Assembly: GCA_050084985.1 (NCBI GenBank) | Contig: JBITNC010000002.1 | Span: 7,936,001-8,000,000, forward strand | Source: Nageia nagi | Taxonomy: Eukaryota > Plantae > Pinophyta | DNA: 64,000 nucleotides | Direction: 5' to 3' | Part shown: positions 38,646 through 51,607 of the stretch, one piece after another | Position numbering within the stretch: position 1 is the stretch's first letter | Layout: the number at the start of each line of letters is the position of its first letter | Notes under the pieces: generated by a model | Seen by the model: only the letters and a program-made list of their open reading frames with translations | Told to the model about the DNA's origin: nothing | Database searches by the model: none | Translations under genes and position numbers: made by a program

Positions 38646-41218
38646 TGTTGGGTGGTTTTTCTTTTCTACCTTGCAAGTAGGTGAATAAGTGTAAGGTTAG
38701 CAAAGACACCAACACCTTAGGTGGAAGGGCGTTACCCCTACCTGCTATGAGGACTGGTTACCTCAGGTCTCTCTTCTAGGATGGTGCAAGAACAAAGCTC
38801 AAAGATTGGCTAAGATGTTTGAAGCTGCCACCAACTCAAATAATATTTGTTTGTCAAGGACTCGGATTGTCTCAGTGCCTAAACAAGGGTTGTTTCTCAG
38901 ATACTGTAAGTAAAGGGTGTGAAAAGCTGTGCAACGAAAATGAAAAATAAAAGAAAAATAGGAAGATTAGAGATGGCTGGAGGCATATGCATTCAGCCCA
39001 CTTGCATGAAGATCCACCGATGAGTACAGTGTTTGAATGTCAAGTTCCTCCGAGTTTGTTATGGATTCCAAGCACCCACCTATCCTTTCATTCTAGCCAA
39101 CAACACAAATGGTCTCGAAGAAGGATATATCCTCTCACACAAGCCAACAACACAAATGGTCTAGAGGAGGGAGCAAGCGTCTAAGGGGGCAAGGGAGTTG
39201 GTTGTGTCATGAAGGGCATTCTCAACAAGTGGATGAAGTTCTCATGTTAAACGTCACGGGGGAACACACTTCAGAATTATACAAGTCTTGTTGTATACCA
39301 TGAGCGATCACTCTTTTACCCATCTCTCAAGAGGTTTGCAAAATGCCCCAAGCATCTAAGCAACACACATCAATAATAACATTACATGCCATAGCTCATA
39401 GCAACAAAGAAATGGAGTTGTGCAATTTAACTTAAAGATCATGCCACATTCACAATAGACAAGTACTTACTAGGAAGAATTATTTTACTCGTCTATTAGC
39501 AAATGTTCATGTCCACAATCCAAAATTCCATCCCCCTACAAATGAGCATTCAAGGAGTATAAATAGTTTTCATGGCAACCTTAAGTGTTGCCCTAAACCT
39601 AATGCAAATTCCAAGAAAATTGAAAGAGGTCCAATAAAAATCCGCCACATGGCATTACAAGATTTATTCCAACACTTGTGGGAGCAAATCCTCATCTATC
39701 ACAAGTCTGAATCAAATTTAAAAAATCTTTGAAATCCAAATTTAAAATAAATTGCAATAAAATTAAATTAAACTAAATTGTTGCAACAGCACGCCTCTAT
39801 GCTCTTCAGGTGCCCTTATACTTATTTATATCCACCTTTGTAACTCTTGGCTTACCTGTTCACCTTTTGGCACCTGCGAGGGCAATCTAGTAGCCTGCAT
39901 GTATCATTGGGATGACCTGGGACCTTGTCTTTGAAATTTGGCCATCTTGGGTGCATGCCTCTTTTACTCAAGATCTTCATAACTTCACCTTCTCCTAGGC
40001 CCAGGCCCCTCTAGATTTTACCTCGAATGCTTTCTAAAGATTTTCCAAGCTTGGAGCATGCCAAAAAAGGTCACAATCTTGTCTTTTTTTTAGATGCGAC
40101 ATACTTGTTTTGCCTGCCTAAACTTGGAGCATGCCAGAAAAAAGTCAAGATTTTGTCTTTTTTCCGGTGCGACAGACTTGCCAATCTCCCCAGTTTGGCC
40201 ACATGCTACAAAAAGTCAATTTTTTATCTTTTTTTCAATGTGCCCATCCTGCCAATTGTCCCAACTTGGGTACATGCCAAAAAAAGACAATATTTTGTCT
40301 TTTTTTATTGCATGCTTGCCTACTAATGCCCATATTTGGTTGTTTCAGACCTTTGAGTGCAAAACATAGCCAAAATTTCACGTTTCTCCTCAATCTGAGC
40401 TCCTCCTTGGTTGGGCACATGCCACAAAAAGTCAAAATTTGTCTTTTTGGGAGCATGCGCCTGTCGTCCCAAGCCTATCTGTGTCTGATGTTGATCTTGA
40501 AAGTTCATGCCTTAGTCAAATTTTGCCTCGAGCTCAACTTGGGCGGCCTACTGTCCTGGGCGCACGCCACAGAAAGACAATCTTGTCTTTTTGAGACATG
40601 CACTCGGCCCTAAGGTGCTCCAATCTTGCTTGTTCGATCTCAACTTTGTCCTGGGCGACCTCCTGATCTGGGTGCATGCCACGGAAAGACAAAATCTTGT
40701 CTTTTTGAACCACGTGTTGGGTCTTTGGGAGAGCCAAATTGGCCTCTTTACCTTAACACTTCGATTTGCTCCTCTTCTCGATCGAGCGCAAGCCAAAAAA
40801 AGACAAAATCTTGTCTTTTGGAGGCATGCGCTTGTCCTCAAGATGCCTTGGTTTGCTTCCTTTGCTCTTCATCTCGACCTACGTGGCTCCTGAACTTGGA
40901 CGCATGTCGTAGAAAGACAAAATCTTGTCTTTTGGAGATGTGCGCTAGCTTGGTGGGGGGCTGCCCTTCACCTTGCTCTAGCTCGAACTTGACCTATATT
41001 CCCTAATTCACCTAGACTCAATTTCTTGATTCTAGACTTCAGTCATTTTTTTGGAAATTTTGAGCTTCATCTAACATGGCTAAGACTAGGAAAGTTGTGA
41101 CACTTATGTGAAGGACGATGGATGTGATAACCAGGTGGTTGAAGCTCCAAAATAGGCCTGACATCGCTTAGAGCAAAAAGTGCGGGGGTCCACAAAATCG
41201 CAGGACTTTGGGGCATGT
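38646..41218 (-). mobile_element. 2.6 kb ORF-less solo-LTR-like sibling of the 21085-26770 element, inserted in the hAT transposase
   Basis: Transposase coding sequence (MEEMKST / SSCSIVMDGW) is split around it. Its left ~1.1 kb and right ~1.2 kb align with the ends of 21085-26770. Exact ends are uncertain by a few bp. Confidence 0.85.
40060..40935. repeat. Array of palindromic AAAAGACAA-N4-TTGTCTTTT motifs
   Basis: Nine copies at ~40063, 40138, 40210, 40279, 40426, 40571, 40685, 40796 and 40911. Period is ~70 bp, then ~115-145 bp. Confidence 0.88.
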
Positions 41219-43644
41219 TATGCATGTACTCTTCATCTCCTCCATCATCAAACTACACTTATTATATTGGGAACAACATTTTTCAACCATGTCCTCTTCA
41301 TCTCCTCCATTATCAAACTTCATTTATTATATTGTTTTTCCAGAAGGGAAGTACAAAGTCTAGTATCACCAGAAAGTAAATATGATGGCCATGCTCCCTT
41401 ATTTTTTCGAATGCATCCTTGAAGTAAAGTGAGCGTGCAAGATGCAAAGGCAACCTATGTGCATAAAAAAAATATTCTTAGTGCATCATTAGCTTTCTTT
41501 TTTGCTTGCAAGTTAAGTGCATCAGCTATGTTCCCTCTTTTTTTGTGGTCAGCCCAAAGAATTGGCAAACTAGAGAAAGGATGACTTTCTTGTGCTGAGG
41601 ACGAGGAAAATGCATAGGTAGTTGTAGAATATTGACCATGTTTTAATCCTTTAATTTTAAATGTGGCCTCATGCACAATCCTTTTGGTTTCTTCAAATTG
41701 GAATTTGTTCATAGATTTACAAGCTCTCACCCTTGTCCCTAGTTTGTCTGTAAGATGTGACTCAACGCTAGTGTAGCTACCTACCTTTAAATACATGCTA
41801 CAGAAATGACATTTCCAACTTCTTCCTTCCCCAACAATGTTTTTCCTTGGTCTAAATTTGTTACAAATTGAAACAAAGATTTATTACTCTGAAATGGTCC
41901 TTTAACAAAGCTTTTCAACATTAAAGATGGACAATCAAAACTAGGGGTAGTAGAAAATTCAGTTTCAGTTTTTGTTTGTGATTGTTGGACATTTTTTCCT
42001 CTATTTGAATTTTTGTCTCTGACTCATAAGTATAACCCTCAAGCTCAGTATCACTTATATTAGAAAAAAATTGAATAAACAACTGCTAAATTCAAAATTG
42101 GAAATGGATAGTGATATAAGAAACTGAAATATCCTTTAAAGTTTGTAACTTGTTCTTCTTCTTTAGTTGCTCCAAGTTCTTCCTCCTTACTGTTGTCTTT
42201 CTCCTCCTTATTGTTGTCTATTTTCTCCTTACTATTGTCTTTCTTCTTTGTTGTTGTTAAAAAGATTTTGGATGAGTAAGAATGAAGTGTTTTCAGTTTG
42301 CATGCAATTATAAAGTCACTTTTAGGATTTGGGGGGTGGGGACATTGATGGGACCCACCCCATCTAATTTTTAATTAAGTTTTTAATTTTTTTTAAGGCT
42401 GACCGCTCACAGCTTGGGAAACACTTGGTCCTTTCCGGGAACGGCCAACCACTCACTCTCGCCTTCTCAAAGGGCCCACAGAGAGGGAATGGCTCCCCAC
42501 TCTTCAATTGGACTCACAAGAAGGGGAACACCTACCCACTTCCTTGAGGCCATTCTCGAGAATGTTTGAACCGTTCCTCAAAAGTAGGGAACACCCAAAA
42601 AACACTACCCAAGGCATTCCCACGTTCCCAAAACAAGGGAACACCAAGAATGCCTCCTCCAGGGGGGACGCATTCCCATTGAATCTTGTGGTATAGGGAA
42701 GGGGTCCAATGACAACCCTTTTAAGACAACCAAAAAAAGCTTAGGCTACATATGTTGCAGAGTTGCAGACAACATGTGGAAGGGGGCACATCTCCTTGTA
42801 GGTGGAGAACACTATGGTGAGAGTTTGTTAAGCATAGAAAAATTATTGGAGGGTAGAAGGAACGTTTGGCATTTGTATCCATGAGCTAAGATGGTGTTGA
42901 GTTCGCAACAATATAATATTGTAGTCAAAAAGATTAGGCTAGAAACCTGTTAACAATAGAGTTGAAATAGTAACAAAAGGAAAATGATATAGCTTGGCAT
43001 CAAATGAAGGTTATCCCAAGTTAAATGGTCAGGCAAATCCATCAATATTACCATGTGGAATACAATCAGCTAACTAAAGCAATATGCATGGTTGAAATCA
43101 CACACCTGTTATCCAAAATTAAATGATAAGCTAAATCCATTAATTTTGCCACACAATATAATGCTTCATAACTAGGATAGCACTCCAAGTATTAAAACAA
43201 TTGGAAGCAGTTTTTTTATTTATTAAGAGAAAATTTATATGTAGAAAGGCAACCACCATGTGGTACTATTAAGGTTTCAAATTCAAGTTTCAGAAACCAC
43301 GATGTGATTCAACCAAACTGGTTACAAGAACATTTTAGGTAGGAAAACGGTGAATTTGTAAATACTCAGAATAAATTTTTATCTCACTTACATTTGCCTG
43401 AGAAGCTTAAACAACCTCCCTTTCACATTAAAAACGACCCAACTCTAGTGCTGCACGTAAGATTTTCAGGCTAAATGTTGTCTTAAGCTTTCTCAAGAGA
43501 CTTAGAGTATTCCTCCTTGTAAATAAAACCACTAAACCGAGTTATTTCATATGGAATTTCAATCACATTTTCATATTTTACTGTTTACGTTAATGTGGTT
43601 GAGAATCTTGAACAAACTCCGTCTCATGTTTTGATGATAACAGC

Positions 43645-43985
43645 GTGGACGGTGACTGCCAAGTAAATTATAACAGTGTGAATGATGATTGTCAGGTGAT
43701 GGATCTGAGCCCGCATATCCGCAACCGCAAGAGTCAAGAATGCAATGATGAAAATAATGATGACTCAGGTAGTAGATCTTGCTCAATGGAAGGATTTAAG
43801 GAAGGAATTCAGGGTGTAAGCAGGCAACAGACTGAAGGCCTTCTTGAAAAACCTCCAGGAAAACACTGTTCGGACACAAATGAAGAGAAAACTGAAAATA
43901 AAGTTTCAAATGCTCTAGATTCAAAGAAAAGAAAAAAGAAAGATTCATCCAAATCCCTGAAGATTCGATGAAAAAACTTAGACTG
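43645..43985 (+). pseudogene. Orphan host-gene fragment, possibly a LYAR/UBP1-associated-1C-like nucleolar protein
   Basis: A hydrophilic 108-aa frame ends KKRKKKDSSKSLKIR. Restoring one G in TGAAAAAACTT gives WKKL, resembling the KIKWKKL motif of plant LYAR-type proteins. Confidence 0.35.
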
Positions 43986-44013
43986 AATACGAATCATTGA
44001 TTGAAGTGGCTGA

Positions 44014-44344
44014 GGAAGCAACGCACAGGTATTATTTGAGAAGCCTGAAATGTAGAAATACATTTTCAAACTTAGCAAGATATCCTGAGACAAACGATTG
44101 AGCTAGGGTGTCCGTAGTAGTTATCTGTGGTGACCATAGCTATCAGTCTCCGTAATGCCTAGATGTTGTTGGCAAAGTTTCTTGGTAGTTTGCGGAAGCA
44201 ACACGTAGTTATTATTTGAGAAGCCTGAAATGTAGAAATACATTTTCAAACTTAGCAAAATATTCTGAGACAAACGATTGAGCTAGGGTGTCCGTAGTAG
44301 TAATCTGTGGTGACCATAGCTATCAGTCTCTGTAATGCCTAGAT
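44014..44344. repeat. Near-identical ~150 bp direct repeat with a 180 bp period
   Basis: 44014-44164 and 44194-44344 differ by only a few substitutions. Confidence 0.95.
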
Positions 44345-44919
44345 TTTCATGAGCCATATAATTGAAAATCTTTCTCTGTAAATGCAGGTTTTGGGATCCT
44401 GCTTTTTGAAAACCCACTTTTTTTACCTTTATCGGAAAAAAAAACTCCCTCTCACGTTGAAACCAGCCAACTCTAGTGTTCTAAATAAGATTTTCATGTT
44501 AAATGTTCTCCTACGCTTTCTAAAGAGACTTAAACCTAGTTACTTCATATGTAATCACATTATTCAATTACATTTTCATATTTCACTGTTTATCTTAATG
44601 TGTGGCTAAGAGGGCCTTGGTTGTGTAATCAAAACATATGAGGTGAGAAGGCCTTAGTAGTGAAAATTGTCATAATGCAAAGGCTTAGCAGTAAAGTTAT
44701 CATGAATAAATGCTGATGTAGTGGGCAGGAGCCCTACCAAACCCCACAGGCCACTACAGGCAACAAAACAAACATATACATTAATGTATATTTGCATGGT
44801 CAGTCCACCTACTCAAGACACAGCCTCAAATTTCATGCACAAAACAACTGCCAAAAATATATCCTAGTCTGACCTAAAAGCTAGCTAATTTCCAAAGTTT
44901 AGCTTTTTTGGCTTACAAA

Positions 44920-45264
44920 ACTATATCCAACAAAGAAAATTTAAAAGATGGTAAAAAAAATTATAATGGAAACAAGATATTTTGATGGGCCCACAAGGTC
45001 TCAACTTCCAAATAAGCACACAAGGTATTGTCAATAGTAGAGGTTGATCATCCTCAAGAATCCCAACAGTCCCTTTCATAGTTGGGTTCAAATACTATAT
45101 CCAACAAAAATTTAAAAGATGATAAAAAAATCATAATGGACACAAGATATTTTGATGGGCCCAGAAGGTTCCAACTTCCAAATAAGCACACAAGCTACTA
45201 TTGTCAACAGCAGAGGTTGATCATCCTCAAGACTCCCAACAGTCCCTTTCATAGTTGGGTTCAA
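44920..45264. repeat. Two-copy ~172 bp tandem duplication
   Basis: ACTATATCCAACAAA...CCCTTTCATAGTTGGGTTCAA occurs at 44920 and 45094. Confidence 0.92.
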
Positions 45265-46247
45265 GAACTACAATTTTCTTTAAGCTTTCTTTCAGCAGTA
45301 TACTCACCTAAAAATGTTTGTATTAGTAGATTTTAGCAACATACCTATCCCTGAATTTGAATAACAAAATCAGCTTGAAATAGCAACAATGTCATTGCAA
45401 GCATTGTGATAGAACATGAGGCAATGCACTCTAGTATTTTTGTTTATATAATAAAGTACCTTTTGCTGCTTTTGTTTATTACTCACAAAAATTCCAACAT
45501 CACTTGAAAATACCTATCATATAGTATGATAAATGTTGAAATATCCAGTGTAATGCATAAATGTTCATAAAGAAGCTCGAGTTCTACTTTTATTATACAA
45601 GTTTAGAAAAGAATGTCTCCTTGTGACATATCTAAATCTATTTCGACATAAATATTCAAGTCAAGAGAAAAACAAAGGCAGTGAATAGACATGTTATGTG
45701 CCTTCTAGGAATCTAAATTAAAAGCTTTTACAAGCCAAACAAATTTGTCATCCTTGCTATTATTGATACTTTCAAGTACTTGTATGCGAATTACATTATC
45801 TATTTTACAAATTAAAGGCGGACAATTAATCAACACAGTCAACATTAGACGGCAACATCCTGTAAATAATTATTTGTGTTGCACAATACTAATGTGTTAA
45901 TTGAATTTGCATATTTGTAATAATCTTAGTTTGAAAAAAACAGAATATTCTTCAGATAACACTGTGATGCAATAAAGCCTGATGTACGATCTGGCTTGCT
46001 GACCTTTAAATGTTACCGACAACACGTTGAATGAGAACTTACTCCAACTGAATCCATATTTTATACTTGTTGTGCGTGAAAGACAATAACAATTCTTAAA
46101 AAAAAAGAAAGTGGAGATTCTTGGTGGCAAGAACTTGAAATACAAAAGCAGGAGGTGCACTGGGATCTACATCTGAGTCTGGGTAGGGGCAGTGCAGAGG
46201 AGACTCAAGTGAAAAGAATATTCAAACTCACATTGCGATGAAGGTAG

Positions 46248-46309
46248 TAGCCTCTAGAGTTCTGATAGTTAACAAAAATAGCCTCTAGAGTTCTGATAGT
46301 TAACAAAAA
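46248..46309. repeat. Perfect 31 bp tandem duplication
   Basis: TAGCCTCTAGAGTTCTGATAGTTAACAAAAA occurs twice in tandem. Confidence 0.95.
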
Positions 46310-47160
46310 GAGAGCATTAACAAGAGCAAGAGACAGAGTCACGTCAGAAGTAAATGGGTGGTGGAAAAAAAATAATGATAACTTGAAAAAGTTCTCCAGA
46401 ACCTAGAATAGTTGAAAGCTGACAATGCATGTACATTTTCAAAATTTGTATACTCTCTGGCTTATCGTTCTGCTTTAACTCTTTTCAATAATTCCAATAG
46501 TCTTGAATCTGGATATCATATCAAACTATGTGTTAGAATTCAATCTGAGAACAATCTATTATTCTCTTTATTCTTCATCCTAGGAGAACCCCCTAGAGAT
46601 TCATAGAAACATAAAAATCCAACATTGCCAAAAAGTTGAAAACACATAAAACTACATAGTTTTGGATATAAGTTTTCGCTCATTAGGCATGATATAAGCC
46701 TTCATAAACTGTAATCAGATGCAAAGTTCCACATCTCATCTCCTCCATTAACCAGTTTTTCATAATAGCATATAGCTATGAAAAACTCATGTTATCACTC
46801 AGATTGCAGATTTGTTCATCTATGTAAACCAGCACTGTGGACGCTTGAGTTAATGAGTGTCATTCATAGATGTATTCCACAGTTACAATTATTTGTATCA
46901 ATAAGCCCACCTTCCGTGCCCACAATTAGACATCCTTAGGTTAATTATAAGGTTAAGGATTATACATCTTTCTTATATCTTACCCTAATACGCAAGTGAC
47001 CATTGCAATATCATTCATTTGTGTAGTGAAATCTCTGGGTGCTTGTTGGTACTTTTCTCTTAGCAATGCTGGGTATAATCTACAGTCCCAAGCATTTGAA
47101 GAACTTGTTATGATCAGCAGAAGAAGCTGGGAAAAGTCTAGGAATTTGGTCACTTGTTAT

Positions 47161-50100
47161 CAGTGTTCCACAGGGACGTGTTCCCCCTCTTGGAGAAGCC
47201 GTTCCTGGCATTCCCGAGTTTTGGGAACGCCTGGGGAAACGTTTCCCAACCGTTCCCTTTTTGGGGACGGCTGGGTGATGTCCCCAAGACTTCTCCCAGG
47301 ATGGGGGGGACATTCCCCGACCGTCCCTCCCATCAGGAATGGCTAGCCGTCCCCGGGAACGGCTAGCCGTTCTTCAACCATTCCCGACATCCCCCCCACG
47401 GCCAGACATAGCAAGACTGGGAATAAAAAAAAATAAAGCTTTTGACCTGGGAAAAAAACACATAAACTGCTTTTTGATGGACCCCACCATGTTTGCATGC
47501 CTTCTAACCTTAAAAAGGTGCTCTAAAAGACTAAAAGTGATTTTGTAATCACTTGTCATTTTGTAGAGGAGAAAGAGAGCAAGGAGGAAAAAAACACAGC
47601 AGTAGAAGAAAAAGGCAGCAGTAGAAGAAAAGGACAGCAAGGAGGAAGAGAAACAAAGCAATGTAGAGGACAAAGGCCAAGGAGCATAAGAAAGTTACTT
47701 AGTACAATCCAAGGTTTTTTTGTTTCTCAGTCTCTACTTGTTTACTGTTTAGTTTAAAGTTAAATTTTAAAGTTTAAACTTTATAAGTTTACTTGTAGTT
47801 GTTTTCTTAAAAAAAAACAAGATGAGTAGTGAGGTTGAGGAAGAAAATCAAAGCTATGAGGTAGAAACAGAAATGGGAGTTGAAAATGAGCAGGAAAAAC
47901 ACATCAATTTTTGATTGCCCATCCACAATGTTAAAAGGTTTTGCTAAATGGTCATTTAATCCTAAAAAACCTTTGTGGCAACTTGTCACAAACCTAGATG
48001 TTGGACAAAAAATTGAAGGGGGAGCAAGAACTTATAAATGTCACTTTTGTAACACTCCATTTAAAGGGAGTTATACCAGGGTTGAATCACATTTGACTGA
48101 TAAACATGGGACAAGGGTGAGGGTTTGTAAACAAATGAATAGATTTATGTTTGCAGAAGCTAGTAGGCTTGCACAAGAGGCTTATCTTAAGAATCGTGGG
48201 CTGCCCATTCCTAAATCTAGCCAAGCCTCCCATGTATCCTCCTCCTCATCAGCTAGAGAAAAAGAAACTAGACTCTCTTCTAGCTTGTCAAGTCCTATAT
48301 TCCCCTCAAAAAAAAAAAGAAATATAGCTAAAGCATTAAACTTGCAACAGAAAGAGAGAGTTGATGATGTAGTGGGAAAATTACTTTATGCACATGCCTT
48401 GCCTTTTCATCTTACACGTTCACCTTAATTGAGGGCAGCATTTGAGAAAGTAAGGTTGGCTGGGCCTTCATATGTACTACCTAGCGAGACTAGACTTTGC
48501 ACTTCTCTTTTAGAGAAGCAATATACTAGATGCAGTTTGATGATGCAGGAGTTGAAGGCTACATGGGTGCGTAGTGGATGTTCCATTATTATGAATGGAT
48601 GGACTGATATTCATCAACGTCCGCTCATCAATATAATGGTGTCATGTTCAGAGGGTCCTTATTTTCTTCAAACTATTGATTGCTCGAGGAAAAAGAAGGA
48701 TGCAGAGTTCCAATTCCTCCTGCTGAAGGAGGCTATTGAGGAGGTTGGATCCTCCAATGTTGTCCAAGTAATCACTTTACTAAGTTTACTTTTAGTTTTC
48801 AAATTTATTTTTTGTTGTGTATATGCCAAATTTTAATGTTTTAATTTTTTATGTACATAATTACAGATGCAGCCCATGTTTGCAAGTATGCAGGAAAATT
48901 GATAGAGGGCACTTACAAACACATTTTTTGGACCCCATGTTGCGTTCATGCATTGAATAATGCATTGAAGGACATTGGGAAAATAGATTGGGTGAAGAAT
49001 GTGGTTGCAGAAGCTAGAGACTTGCAAATGTTTATTTGCAACCATCATACCTCATTGGCGCTCTTTCGCTCCTTCTCAAAGGAGGAGTTCCTTAAACCTG
49101 CAGATATGAGATATGCCACTTATTTCATTCTATTGCAAAGGATGATTGAAGTGCAGGAGGCACTACAATCCATGGTAGTTTGTGTAGAATGGAAAAGGTG
49201 GCCAGAATCTCAAACAGAAGAGGGAAAAAGACTTAGAGATAAAGTCTTATATGAGAATTGGTGGGCTGAAGCCAGGTAATAAAGTTTAAAAGTTTCACTA
49301 TTGTAGTTTGAATTTCAAGTTGGATTGGTCACTAGGTAATTGTTCAATTAGTTCTAAGATTTTTCACTCTTTTTTTATTGAATGTAGGTACATTGTTTTT
49401 TATTTCTCCAATTTTTGAAGTGATAAGGTATGCCGATACAAATTCTCTTAATTTAGGAGAGATATATGAGACCTTCAATAGCATGCTTGGGGAAATGCAA
49501 AAAATAATTAATGACAAAGATCCTTCTTTTTATGAAGGCCATTTAGACCCATCATAGAAAAGAGATAACAAATCTTGATTGTTGACTTTAGTTTCAATTT
49601 GGTTTGTTAACTTTAGTCCTTAAGTTTATTAATTTTTTTTTTTTTTTGTAGGTGGAATAAGATAAATACCCCTCTCCATATGGCTACCCATGTGTTGAAC
49701 CTAAAATGGTATGCACCAAAGATTGGGAAAATGACACCTAATGATGATATTGAGTTGAAAGATGGGTTCATGAACTTCCTTGCCAAGATGTTTTCAAAAA
49801 AGGATGGCCGTATAGTTAGAGAGGAGTTTGTAAAATTTGTGAGACTTAAAGGTCATGGTTTCAACAAATCAAACTGCAAGTAGAATAGAGCTACCATTGC
49901 CCAAACTGATCCCATTGGATGGTGGGAGCTATATGGAGATGATGCTCCACACTTGAAACATCTTGTGATTAGGCTCCTTTCCAAGGTTAGTAGATGCCAC
50001 TGGCATGCCATTAAGTATTGTACTATTGACTATTGATTATAGACTTATAATTATAGTCTATTTGTCAATTTGAAATTTGAATGATTGTTTGAGATCTTAA

Positions 50101-50884
50101 ATTTCTGTTTCACATAATCAAAAATGAGAAATCTAATTTGAATAATTGTTTGTAGGCTAGTAGTTCATCTCCTGCGGAGAGAAATTGGTCGACCTATGGC
50201 TTCATCCATAGTTTGCGAAGGAATAGACTTACTTCTTGTAGAGCAGAGAAGTTAGTTGCAGTGCATAGCTCTCTTCGCCTTTGCGAGAGAGTTACACCAG
50301 AGTATAAGGCTAGTCTAGCTGCACGTTGGGACGTTGATCCAATGCAGGCAGGCCAACTTGAGGCTGATGAGTCAATGTTTGGATTGTCATTGCATACTCT
50401 TCATTTGGATGATGAGAGCTCAGCAGATGAGGAGGATATGGATACACAACCATTAGCACATGAGCCTATAAAGCCATAGGGCATAGACTATAGTAATTCT
50501 TTTAGCATTTTCATTTTGTTATTAAGATACTCGTTCGACATACTAATGTCCCCTCTATGTATTTGATTCAATCTTTCAGATCTATGACATTATGATTGTG
50601 TTATCAGATTTATCATTTACTATTTAGACATTTACGGTTTGCCCTTTTTTATAATTATCTTGAAGTTGAATTTCTTAGTTTCTAATTTCAATTCCATGTT
50701 TTTAATTTGTATACATAATTAAATTTGATAATATGATCATTCATCATAATAATAACAAATTGGAAACGATGAAATCTTAAAAATCTGAAAATTTAATTTT
50801 TACTAGTATTATATTTGCCGTTCCCTGCCTTTCCCCAAAAAAAACCCTATTTTTTCCCCCATTCCCCAGTCATGTGGAACACTG
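47161..50884 (+). mobile_element. Full-length hAT DNA transposon
   Basis: Perfect 12-bp TIR CAGTGTTCCACA/TGTGGAACACTG, 8-bp TSD CTTGTTAT/CCTGTTAT (47153-47160, 50885-50892) and dense subterminal GGGAAC/GTTCCC motifs at 47170-47400. Confidence 0.95.
47822..50479 (+). pseudogene. Intron-containing hAT transposase (BED zinc finger, DUF659, hAT dimerisation domain), disrupted
   Basis: CHFC...SYTRVESHL; GCSIIMNGWTD...RPLIN; FWTPCCVHALN; WWELYG; SSSPAERNWSTYGFIHS.RRNRL. In-frame stops at 48426-48428 and 49881-49883, frameshifts and GT-AG introns. Confidence 0.9.
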
Positions 50885-50992
50885 CCTGTTATGATCTTTC
50901 AATCCTATACATTCTAGTCCCATTGACCCCTTTTGGTCACTAGTGGACATTAATATATTTTCTTTCTTTCTTATTTCTTTCTAGAATAATAG

Positions 50993-51118
50993 ATCACCAA
51001 TCCACAAAAATCTTCTCAAAAATAATACAATTTTAGAAACTATACAACAAAACACAATAGAAACCCTAATAGATTGTATCTCTAACCCGCTAAAGAAATA
51101 AATCAAATCAATTTTCGA

Positions 51119-51158
<40 letters not shown>

Positions 51159-51410
51159 CCTCGAGATTCAGGCTACATCAGAAGGAAAAATCTAAATGTT
51201 CACATACATAGCTTATACAAATGCAATATGAAGAATCTTACGCAGGAATGTGCAAGAGTTTTAAGCACTTGCAACCAGAAAATACAAGGAAGGTTTCTAA
51301 AATTCTAACCATAAATGTGAGAAATGCAGCAAATTTAAATAAAAAGCCGTTGAATTTTAGTATCATATATGTTTGTTTATGGAAAAGCAAAGCCCTAAAA
51401 CCCCATCGAC
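50993..51410 (-). repeat. Diverged duplicate of the ABCF 5'-UTR intron (55845-56140)
   Basis: Collinear shared blocks ATCACCAAT.CACA, ATACAATTTT, AAACCCTAAT, AAGAAATAAA, GAAGGAAAAATCT, CATACATA, GAAGAATC, ATTTAAAT and AGCAAAGCCCTAA. Confidence 0.75.
51124..51155. repeat. (AT)n microsatellite
   Basis: About 16 uninterrupted AT units. Confidence 0.97.
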
Positions 51411-51469
51411 TAACTTCCCTAAATTTCCATACACCTAGAAAGCTCATAAATGGTTTGGGTAATTATTAC

Positions 51470-51607
51470 CTGAAAATTTGATTGCGCAACCTCTGCGATC
51501 TTTCTCTGTAATATCTGCCACCTGCTTTCTTCTCCATGGTTACGGAAGATGTGGCCCAGCTCTAATTCAGGCCATGTATTTACTATCTCTTCTGCAGTGA
51601 GTAGTGC
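51470..51607 (-). pseudogene. Isolated exon fragment of a plant RsmH/MraW (16S rRNA m4C methyltransferase)-like gene
   Basis: Between an acceptor (TACAG, ending 51608) and a donor (CAG|GTAAT, 51469), the frame reads ALLTAEEIVNTWPELELGHIFRNHGEESRWQILQRKIAE. This matches the RsmH pattern TA.DI.NSW.E.E.G.I.R.YGEE..W. No other RsmH exons were recognised. Confidence 0.7.

Larger units (their letters stand above)
36366..42688 (-). mobile_element. hAT DNA transposon (degenerate, interrupted by an LTR-like insertion)
   Basis: TIRs CAAGATTC/GAATCTTG, a perfect 8-bp TSD TGGTATAG (36358-36365, 42689-42696) and subterminal GGGAAC/GTTCCC repeats. Transposase fragments at 41455..41796, 38014..38256 and 37205..37465 (WWDLYGDDAPHLK) are homologous to the element at 47161. 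Confidence 0.93.

Noticed and set aside
40060-40935. CRISPR-like look of palindromic repeats with variable spacers (also 25700-26490)
   Set aside because: The context is a eukaryotic LTR, the repeats are degenerate, spacer lengths are irregular and spacers are partly similar to each other. No cas genes are present.
46140-46260. Possible further RsmH exon (DVDPSA on the minus strand) or a micro-exon before GTGAGT
   Set aside because: The match is only a few residues long and lies in the wrong order relative to the 51470-51607 exon.
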